IMG/VR virus record: IMGVR_UViG_3300037418_001469
Strand: one strand, 5' to 3'
Length of the DNA stretch: 64,000 nt
From: a virus
The notes under the pieces were generated by a model that saw nothing but the letters and a program-made list of their open reading frames with translations, ran no database searches and was not told the DNA's origin. Positions 55,118 to 64,000 of this stretch are shown here, in pieces. The translations under genes and the position numbers were made by a program. Numbering within the stretch: the first letter of the stretch is position 1; each line of letters opens with the position of its first letter.

Positions 55118-55894
55118 ATGATAGATTTGATTATGCAATATGGATACTTAGTGCTTACACTAATAATTATGGAAGGACTACTTTCGGCTGATAATGCCCT
55201 AGTCCTAGGAACAATGGCAAAGAAAGCAGGTAAGGAGAACGAAAAGAAAGTTCTCATGTATGGTATGTTTGGTGCAGTTGGTTTTCGTGCAATCTGTATC
55301 TTACTAGGAACAACACTAATTAAGTTTTGGTGGTTGAAATTGTTTGGTGCGTTATACCTAGCAAAGTTAGCCATTGGTCATTTTACTAGTAAAGACTTAA
55401 ACGAAGATGGCATTGACGATAACTATCAAGATACCTTGCTACATAGGTTCTTAGGAAAGTTTGGCATCAGGCTAAGCGTGTTTTGGACGACTGTTATCTC
55501 AATCGAATTGATGGACTTGACATTCAGTGTTGACTCTATCCTAGCTTCACTTGCCATTAGCGACAGTTTCTATGTATTACTTCTAGGTGGTGTCCTTGGT
55601 ATTCTAATGATGCGTGGTGTAGCACAATTCTTCATTAAACTAGTTGAGAAAGTGCCAATCCTTGAGCATACAGCATATATCCTAATCGGCATTATTGCTA
55701 TCAAGATGTTCTTAACAACTCTTGGTCACTTGGGAGAGTGGCTAGCTAAAGCAGGCGAGTATCTGGTAGGTGTTGGAGATATTGAGGTGTCTTCCCTAAT
55801 CTTCCTTGGTATCTTAGTTCTGACATTCCTAGGTACTTTTGTTGTTAATGCTTTTATGAAGAAGGAAGAAAAGGTAGAAGTTGAGGGTGCTTAA
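55118..55894 (+). CDS. terC: TerC-family membrane protein
   Basis: EGLLSADNALV, IELMDLTFSVDSILA, GGVLGILMMR. Confidence 0.9.
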   Translation: MIDLIMQYGYLVLTLIIMEGLLSADNALVLGTMAKKAGKENEKKVLMYGMFGAVGFRAICILLGTTLIKFWWLKLFGALYLAKLAIGHFTSKDLNEDGIDDNYQDTLLHRFLGKFGIRLSVFWTTVISIELMDLTFSVDSILASLAISDSFYVLLLGGVLGILMMRGVAQFFIKLVEKVPILEHTAYILIGIIAIKMFLTTLGHLGEWLAKAGEYLVGVGDIEVSSLIFLGILVLTFLGTFVVNAFMKKEEKVEVEGA

Positions 55895-56122
55895 TGCACC
55901 CTTGATGCAAATTGTGACGCGAGGAGGAATGGAAAATGATTAAAACAGTTGATGAATTGATTAATGAATTAGAAAAGTATAGAGGTAAAGAAATTGTTGT
56001 AGGCGGTATGTTTGTTAGCCATATAAAAGAAGTTGCAATAAAAGAGGAACATGTTCCTAATCGTCCTGACAGAGTTTTTATTAAAATTCATTAAGACGCT
56101 ATTCGAAACAAAAGACGAAGTA

Positions 56123-56235
56123 TCCGAACAAGGGTTAACAGTAGGCGAGACTGCAATCCTCTAACCCTGCGTCATAGAAATATGGCAACACCCAAGCACG
56201 AGCGAGAGCAAGTGTAGTACGGAGTTAGGCAGTCC
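56123..56235 (+). ncRNA. Compact structured RNA candidate
   Basis: GC-rich intergenic island with several helices, GAAA/GAGA loops and pseudoknot potential. Confidence 0.45.
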
Positions 56236-56256
56236 ATTTTTTAGGAGGAGATAGAA

Positions 56257-56760
56257 ATGAGGTTGATAAAGCATAAACCACTTAAGTTAAGAACTGAACA
56301 TAGAAGACATTATAATGATGATGATACAGTCAGAGAAATTGATGTATTAAGAGCCGATATTGAAGAACTTTTTGATATAAAAGAAATTTGGAGAACAACT
56401 AAATGGTTGACTGAACAGACAGAACATGGTTGTGCAAGATTTGATTTTGCCGTATATTGTATGGCTACTAAGATAGCTAAACGTGTTTTAACAGGAGAAG
56501 AATTAAAAGAACTAGAAGAATACAATAAAGATACTATGTTGTTTAAGAAGAAAGAAAGAGAAATGCTATCTGATAGTACTTATGGCGCTATTAGAAAGTA
56601 TGTTTTTAAGTGTTGGAAAGAATATGAGAAGTTTAACATGTTGAAATTCACTAAGGTTCAATATACAAAAACTTTTGGTTGGGGTAGAAGAAAAAGAAGT
56701 TATACTTATCATGAAACAGCAGTAAAACTAACTGAAAAAGGAAAGAAGGTTGAGGTATGA
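56257..56760 (+). CDS. Hypothetical protein
   Basis: AGGAGG RBS; ORF. Confidence 0.55.
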   Translation: MRLIKHKPLKLRTEHRRHYNDDDTVREIDVLRADIEELFDIKEIWRTTKWLTEQTEHGCARFDFAVYCMATKIAKRVLTGEELKELEEYNKDTMLFKKKEREMLSDSTYGAIRKYVFKCWKEYEKFNMLKFTKVQYTKTFGWGRRKRSYTYHETAVKLTEKGKKVEV

Positions 56761-56926
56761 CGAAATTTAATGAAGAATCAGAAGAAATTGTAATTGTAAG
56801 CAAGTCAGGAGCAAGAACACTTATGCCTAGTTTGTGGATGGCAAAGTCATATGCAAAAGGTATATGGAAAGGCAGTGTAGATAGAATCGAGATTAAAACA
56901 GTAATCAAAGTTGAGGATGAAGAAGA

Positions 56927-57630
56927 ATGAAAAAGTTACTAATACTATTGTTTATGTCACTATTACTAGTAGGTTGCGAAAGAGCATATGCCCACAAGGA
57001 AGGTGAGTTCATAGGTAATATACATGTTGAATCTAAGAATGACGAAGAAGTAGCCCTATTTAAACAATCTAATGGTAAGATTTTAAATCTCTTTTGGAAA
57101 GATGATAAGCCTATTGAACTGAAAGTAGGAAAGAAGTACAGAGTAACATATCAGACTAGTGATGATTTTACAGATTATTTAGAAATAATTGACTTGGAGG
57201 AGATAAAATGAAAAAATTAGCGTTTATTATTGTATCATTAGCAGTATTGGTATTGTCGGCTTGTGGAGGTCTACAACCTAGAAAATATAATAAGACTGTA
57301 GGCTCAAGTACTAGTAATGACACAGTATTGTGGGTTAATAGTGATGGAACAGATTGTGACTTAGGAGATTTTCTAGAAGGTGACAAGGATTGTCATAAGA
57401 CCAAGAAAACTGTTTACTATAAAGCCCCAAAACAATCAGTTATATCTAAATTGAAGAATAAACTAGGCAAGACTAAGGCAGTTGCTACACCTAAAGTAGC
57501 CACACCTAAGACTACAGTTAAGAAACCTGTTAAGAAAACAGTGACATATAAGCGAACTACACCTAGAAAGAGTTCATACAGTAAGCCAAGAACTAGGTCA
57601 TTCAGTAGTCATACACGAAAGAGGCGATAA
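56927..57630 (+). CDS. Two lipoproteins (56927-57211; 57208-57630 with Lys/Arg-rich tail)
   Basis: Lipoboxes LVGC and LSAC. Confidence 0.7.
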
Positions 57631-57632
57631 TT

Positions 57633-58064
57633 ATGCAACAAATTAAATTTTGGGGAGCTGACCGCCCCAACGGTTTTCTAAGTAACTTTTACTTTAGTTC
57701 TATGAAGATTGATGGAGTTATCTACCCCACAGTGGAACACTACTTTCAATCAATGAAGTTTGAAGGAACTGGATATGATGAATACATCAGAAACCTTAGA
57801 TACCCATCAGAAACAGCTAGAGAGGGTAAGCGCAGAGACCTTCCACTTCGCCCTGATTGGGAGGAAGTAAAGGAAGATATTATGTATAAAGCCTTAAAAG
57901 TTAAGTTTAACAACTACACCCTACAGAAAAAATTACTGGAAACAGGAAATAAAGAACTTGTTGAGGATTCTCCGTATGATTCTTATTGGGGTGTCGGAAG
58001 GAATGGAACTGGTAAGAATCGTCTAGGTATCTTGCTAATGAAACTAAGAGAGGAGTTGAAGTAA
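57633..58064 (+). CDS. NADAR-family ADP-ribose hydrolase
   Basis: FLSNFY, YPTVEHYFQ, LRPDWEEVK, LVEDSPYDSYWG, GKNRLGILLMKLR. Confidence 0.93.
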   Translation: MQQIKFWGADRPNGFLSNFYFSSMKIDGVIYPTVEHYFQSMKFEGTGYDEYIRNLRYPSETAREGKRRDLPLRPDWEEVKEDIMYKALKVKFNNYTLQKKLLETGNKELVEDSPYDSYWGVGRNGTGKNRLGILLMKLREELK

Positions 58065-58929
58065 TATGAAATTTGCATATTACAATGATACTAATAGAAA
58101 TGTAGGTATTCACCCTGCTACGATTATCCATGGTTGCGAAGTAGATATGGAAGTTATCAAACATGGTGAGGTTAGAGAGTTTACACTTCCCGAAGGAACA
58201 TATCCTTGGGTAAAGATGTGGGACTATGGTGATAAACATGGTCTACAGATTCTCGTTTCCCCACGCAGTTTAGACAATAACAGTGGTGTAAAGCATGAAC
58301 CTTTATATGAACTATCTAAGGAAGAAGCACATAATATTATTGAGCATTTGAAGAAAATAAATCCGCACGATAAAAAGGAGAAATAATATGAAAACAATAA
58401 TGGTGATAGGTGAGAAACAAGAATTAACACCTGAACAAATGAAATATGTATTAGACAAGATTCACAAGGAGGAGTCGATAAATGAAGACGATATGTGAAC
58501 ATGATTATGTGTTTTATCAACTATTAGATAGGTGTAGCCCTGTTTTGGTTGAGTTCATATGTACAAAATGCGGAAATATTATTGAGGAAGAAGACTAAGG
58601 AGTGGTAACATGAATATTGAGAAATTGTTAGAGTGGAAAAGAATTTCTGATTTAAAAGAAAAATGTACTAGCGACCATACCATGTGCGACAGGTGTAATG
58701 AACAATTGTATTTCTGTGATTGTTGCAAATACTTAGCAGATGTAATTATCTTAGAAAATTACGATTTAATATTAGATGCTTTAAAAAAAGATATGGGCTA
58801 GAAGTTAACTAGCCCATCTTTACTATACCATATAGAGTCTAATATTCCTTGACAATAGCATATTTTTCTTATAGAATATAAGTATTAGAACCGAACCACT
58901 AGAAACATTTAAAAAGGAGAAAAATACTT

Positions 58930-59949
58930 ATGACAAGAAAAAAAACCGTTGAGGAAATTTGTATTGCAATAAAGGAAATGTATGGATATGAATTAATATC
59001 TAAAGAATACTTAGGAAATAAAGAGCCAATAATAGTTAGTTGTGGAAAATGTGGAGAATTTGAAACAACATTTAACTATCTTATTAGAGGAAGAGGACTA
59101 TGTGAATGCTATAAAAAGAGAGTACAAAAACACGATATTGGTAGTATAAGGCTAGAATTTGAAAAAGAAGGATACCTGCTTCTTTCAGACAAGTATGAAG
59201 ATAATAAAAAACCACTATGGTTTATCTGCAACAATGGTCATAAAACTACCACAACCTATGCTCAGTTTAAAAAAGGTCAAAGATGTGGACAGTGTTTTGG
59301 AAACATAAAAAAAGACATCGAATTTGTAAGGCAATATTTCAAAGACAGAGGTTGTGTATTAATTAGTAGAGAATATGAAGACGAACACTCACCGTTAGTA
59401 TTTATGTGCGATTGTGGTAGTAAAGCTATTACAACTTGGAACAAATTTCAAAGAGGTTGCAAATGTAACAACTGTAGATATCAAAGAGCAAGTCAATCTC
59501 TATATAAAAATGGAACTGTGCCATGCTCAAAAGGTCAATATCTAATCCATTCAATAACAGGCGGAGAGATAAACTATCCAATATCTCACTATAATGTAGA
59601 TGTAGCATTATTAGATAAAAAAATCTTCCTAGAGTTTGATGGTTTTGGGCATGATTTCCAAGTTAAAAAAGGTCAAATGTCTAGAGAAGGATTTGAAAAC
59701 AGAGAAAAAGCTAGGCACAAAAATATAGCAAAAGAAGGTTGGAAAGAGATTAGAATATTGTGCTATGAAAATAGAGCACCTAGCAAGGAGATTCTTTCTA
59801 AAACAATACATCTTGCCATCCAATATTTGTCAGTTAATGAGGATAGTAAGTTTATTATAGATTTAGATAATGGTCTATTAGTCTATGGCGGAGGTAAGTT
59901 CATCATTGACCTAGGTAGAAGAAAGCATATAACACATAGAATGTTATAA
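58930..59949 (+). mobile_element. Putative homing endonuclease: repeated Zn-ribbons plus Vsr/EDxHD-like nuclease
   Basis: Three L.S..Y......L...C..G repeats; NVDVA..IFLEFDGFGH..GWKEIRI; own promoter at 58849. Confidence 0.7.
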
Positions 59950-60924
59950 GCTATCTGTTATACCGTTTGTATACCATATATCTTCAAGTATTTTAACATG
60001 CCTACTTTGGGGTACAAGTCTTCGTTTTCCTAATGAGTTCCTGTACTCCTTAAACGTATCTACATAAAGTTTATCATATGTCGTAGACATAAAGTTTAGA
60101 TTGGTGTTTATTCTTCTTGTATAGTCTATTAATTCCTTTGCCTGTTCATCTTTGTGAAATATAAAAAGAATTATAGGAAAGCCATTAAACAACTTAGACC
60201 ACTTCTCGTTTCGCCATTCACCACTGGCAAAATACCTTCTATAGTTATTGACTTTTCCTAAAATTGTTTCAATAGGCTCAGTTGCATTATCACACTCTAA
60301 ATAGAAAAACTTTGAATCTCCTCTAGCTGTATACTTGTATATACAGAAAGCATCAGGTATTAACTTTCCTTGATGAACTTTATTATCCATAGTGAAATGA
60401 AACTTCTTCATTTGCTCTGTATCGAATCTAATTATCTCTCCTATTGTTCCTTCATCAGTATATCCTAATTGACGATTTAGAACGTGTAGTAAGGCTTTGA
60501 AATCTATTATCTTTAAATAGTGGCGATAATGTTGAGGAATATAATCTCTCTTGCGAAATTTAAATTGTTTCTTAGTGTATCCTAGTTTACTTGCTAATGC
60601 CATAGCACCTGCATAATCAAGAACATAGTGAGCCTCTGACGAACCTGCATCACGTTCCACTGGTGGATACCATCTATCAATACAATTAGCCTTATAGAGC
60701 CTTCTGAGTCTGTCATTTGCTCTGTTCCTCGAATTTGAAATCTTTAGGTCGTTAAATATCATCATTTCAATCTGACTCGTGTTTAAAAATTGATGTTTGA
60801 CTAATAGTTTGAGTATTTCATAGTCTCGGTCTGTTATCCAAGATAAGGACTCGACATATTCATTTGTAATTCTAATATTTTCTCTTTCATATTTAGTAAT
60901 TGTACGTTTTTCAGGCACAAACAT
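59944..60924 (-). CDS. Replication-relaxation family protein
   Basis: ITDRDYEIL..FLNTSQI..RLRRL wHTH; HYL; LIPDAF; FYLECDNATE. Confidence 0.82.
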   Translation of the reverse strand: MFVPEKRTITKYERENIRITNEYVESLSWITDRDYEILKLLVKHQFLNTSQIEMMIFNDLKISNSRNRANDRLRRLYKANCIDRWYPPVERDAGSSEAHYVLDYAGAMALASKLGYTKKQFKFRKRDYIPQHYRHYLKIIDFKALLHVLNRQLGYTDEGTIGEIIRFDTEQMKKFHFTMDNKVHQGKLIPDAFCIYKYTARGDSKFFYLECDNATEPIETILGKVNNYRRYFASGEWRNEKWSKLFNGFPIILFIFHKDEQAKELIDYTRRINTNLNFMSTTYDKLYVDTFKEYRNSLGKRRLVPQSRHVKILEDIWYTNGITDSL

Positions 60925-61188
60925 TTAAACTCCTCCTTGATTTTTTTTGGACTATCTGTTATAATATAATTATAAGATGAAACGGAGATGATAATATGTT
61001 AGGAGTAGTACTTGCATTAGCAGTAATAATCTTAGTTGCCCTGTTGATGATTATTATTGATTTAAATGAAAATTCTTATTTGTGTAAACACATTGCAATG
61101 ATGTTTCTAGTTATAGGATTGATTGTTTCATTCTTTGCAATAGTAACCGCAATCGGTTAATAAATTATATGATTTGGAGGTCGGTATT

Positions 61189-63590
61189 ATGTTGCCTTTA
61201 GATGTGTGGTCTAAAAACAGACGTAAAGAGCATGAAAGACAAGAAGAAATTGATACATTAAGAGAAAAAGCTAAGAAGTATGACGAACTACAAAGTTGGT
61301 GGTGGTGGCTAGAAAGACGCACACATAATGGCAAGACTACCAATGGAAACATCAGGACATTCTTAAATGGCATTGAAGAATACTTTGAATCATATGAGGA
61401 GGAAAATAAATGATAGAATTTATACAAACATTGTCAGGAGTCTACACATTAGCAAATCTGGTTATGGTATATATAATGCTTGAATATATCTTCACTTACT
61501 ATGATATCGTAGGCTTTAGAGTAAAACATCTAACATTAGCAATACTATTTCTACCTTCTGCTTTGCTTACTGCGATTTTATTTTTATTGGCTATATTAGT
61601 GGCGGTAATTACTAACGCAGATTTTTGGAATAAGAAGTTGTTCTAGATGATTGCACCAATAGTAATGCTTATCAGTGTTGTTGTTATTTTTCTTGTATTC
61701 CTATATTTAATAATATTTAAGTAGAATAAGGAAGTGGTAGCATGAGAAGAAAAATTTTAATTGTATTACTTATTATAGCTGTTCCATTGGTCTCGTATTA
61801 TGAAGGTTTTAAACATGGTGAAGCAAGTGTATACGAAAAAGCTAAAAATGATGCAAAATTACTAGACATGTATAAGTGAGGTGATTAAATGATTACACTA
61901 TCAGTTATTGCTTATTTGATTATTGCATTGATTATAGCAATTACATATCAAAAAGACAATTATATTAATAGACCATCTTTCTTAAAGAGACTTAGAACAG
62001 GATTATTATGCCCTGCAATTCTTGTCTTGGTATCATTCCTCCTTGTTATGCTTTGTAAACTATTTTTTATTTTGTTCACATGGTTACTTTATACAATTTT
62101 TTGGATTGGAACAAATATGCCTTAAGGAGATGATTAATATGGAAGTTAAAGAGAGTTATCGTGCTACGATAGGTGGATTGCATGTAATAACCGTTTACAC
62201 AGGAATTGGTGAAGTTTTTACAAGTATTGATAGTGTAAAAGCAAAAAATCTTAGCGAAGAAGATGCTCAATGGTTGCTAGAAAATACAGATGCAAAAGTA
62301 ACAAAGGTTCGTGTCACAGTAGAAGAAATTGAAATTAAGGAGATGATTGTTGATGAAAAATAAATTAATTTTATTTTTTGGCTTAGCTTTATTGGTAATG
62401 TCTTTAGCTTTAGGATTGGTAAATATCTATAGTGGTATTTCGCTTATCATAGGAGGAAGGTTTGTCTTGATAGGCTTTCTGTTTACAATTTGTCAGTTAG
62501 CTATCTTTTATTTTCTCTTCTTTAAACCAGTAATAGATACATATAAAAAATATAAAAAATCCAAGAAAGTAGGCATATAATATGAAGAGATTTCTTAAAT
62601 CATTATTAATAGTTTCAATGGTTGGTAGTCTATTAGCAGGTTGTACATCAGAGGCAGATACGGTTTCAGAGAACCTATCAAAGTCAGCAGATTCATTTGA
62701 AGTGCAACGGAGAGTAATTTTCGTAAATGGTATAACAGACAAATACCTACTTGAGATTGACGGACTATGTTCTATTACTGACGAAGGAAATCAGCTTGAA
62801 GTAACATGCAAGGTTGGAGAAGGTCTATACAAAAAGCATTTCCTAGGATTAAGTGACAATGTTACTTACTTTGTAGAACAAACTGACGCAAAATATGAGG
62901 ATGCTTATCACTACAAGGTGTTATTCCGTCCCGAAGAAATCATTCCTGATATTGACTTACAAACAAGCATAACGGATAAGGATTAATACTATGATAGTAT
63001 CTTTTATTATAGCGTATATCTTGTCAGCAAGTTTTAATTTGGCTATGTGTATTAACCATTACAAAGAAAAAGGTAGCACTAAGGATTTCAACTCTGCTGA
63101 TGTAGTTCTAATATTTATGCCTTTTGTAAATGTTATTGTAGCTATTGCAATAATCATCTACGATGTGATGCTAGCAATATCATTAAGAGAAAAGAAGAAG
63201 GAAGGTGCAAAGAAATGATAAAAGAATATGTTATAGCTTATTATGGCAAGAAGTATACAAAGGTATTTAGCAATCCTAGAGGTTGGCATGACCAATACAT
63301 AGGAGAAGGAATTATTCACGAAGTAAAATTTGATAATCTACCTAGAGTAGAACATATCAAGCTTTACAAACCAAAAGAAGAATATGCATATGCTAGAATT
63401 GAAGAAAGGTATTATTCATATGAATGAGGTCAGAATTGAACTGACTGAGAAAGACATACAAACAGCTATTAATGACTATCTACATAAAAAATATCCTAAT
63501 TTTCAATTAACTGGAATGTGGTTAAAATACAATGGAAACTACTGTGGTGGTCATGTTAATGGATATTTAAAGGACAGAGAGGGAAAATAA
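61189..63590 (+). CDS. Cluster of small membrane and hypothetical proteins, including lipoprotein 62582-62986
   Basis: Hydrophobic short ORFs; LAGC lipobox; terminator at 63576-63606. Confidence 0.55.
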
Positions 63591-63700
63591 GCCCCTCTCT
63601 TTTTTTATAGTTTTCTTCGGACAACCTTATATAAGAATACTCCTACTACACCAATACCAAAGAGCGTTCCTACCGTTGGCATAAACATAATATCTCCTCC

Positions 63701-64000
63701 TTAAACTATATCTTTTAGGTTTTTAATAAGTTCTTCATCTAATTGAGCCTCGTAATCCATTTCGTCTTCTTCGACTAGTGCTAAGTTCTGTAACACATCT
63801 TCGTATCGTTTTTCTACTATTTCTTCTACTTCATGGAGTGGTTTAGCGTATAGCTTACTGCTCCTTTCTGCTATTTCTTCAATATTTCCTGCTATATTAT
63901 CTCTGTTGGAATCATCACGCTTATGAAAATTAAATGGAATCTTGATAGTAAATGGCGAAGTAGGTTGACCGTTAATGCTAACCTGTGCGACACCATGAAG
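63701..64000 (-). CDS. C-terminal end of a possible VirD4/TraG-like ATPase (runs off the window)
   Basis: Translated by hand: VSINGQPTSPFT...ERSSKLYAKPLHEVEEIV, typical of coupling-protein C-termini. Confidence 0.45.
   Translation of the reverse strand, partial: LHGVAQVSINGQPTSPFTIKIPFNFHKRDDSNRDNIAGNIEEIAERSSKLYAKPLHEVEEIVEKRYEDVLQNLALVEEDEMDYEAQLDEELIKNLKDIV

Noticed and set aside
56123-56235. tRNA, or a SAM/Mn riboswitch
   Set aside because: No cloverleaf or TTCGA T-loop within the fold and no recognisable aptamer consensus; it lies downstream of terC
89-62742. Numerous 60-120 aa ORFs antisense to or overlapping well-supported genes
   Set aside because: No RBS or motifs; expected shadow frames

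Overview
An AT-rich segment of a large tailed phage infecting a spore-forming Bacillota host. Evidence for this: Bacillus-type sigmaA promoters and GGAGG RBSs, an alpha/beta SASP gene, dense small ORFs, and no structural genes or tRNAs. (i) 1-11.8 kb (+): nucleotide and accessory metabolism, including a ClpP-like peptidase, thyA-HNH-dfrA, tdk, a GH15-like enzyme, a DHH phosphoesterase and SASP. (ii) 11.9-18.7 kb (mostly -): small genes including a macrodomain, an ART-fold protein and a membrane-anchored DUF559 nuclease. (iii) 18.7-21.3 kb: a ~2.6 kb non-coding divergence zone with three tandem strong promoters feeding an apparent ~0.9 kb highly structured ncRNA. Long G-U-containing RNA stalks then loop out the first genes. 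(iv) 21.3-47 kb (+): a probable early/host-takeover region with ~15 related sigmaA promoters and ~30 copies of a 16-bp pseudo-palindrome (RRTHTA-N4-TADAYY) at gene boundaries. It also holds five paralogous COOH-NH2 amidoligases, two class-II glutamine amidotransferases, a gamma-glutamylcyclotransferase-like protein, a stand-alone RNAP alpha-CTD and RuvB. (v) 47-64 kb: a PRPS-like + NAMPT-like pair (NARP1-type NAD+ reconstitution), vWA/TerC, NADAR, lipoproteins, a Zn-ribbon endonuclease, a replication-relaxation protein and the end of a VirD4-like ORF. The best candidates for new biology are the large ncRNA/processing-stalk unit, the boundary-palindrome network and the expanded amidoligase-GATase-GGCT system. 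All calls come from motif recognition and by-eye base pairing; no searches were run.
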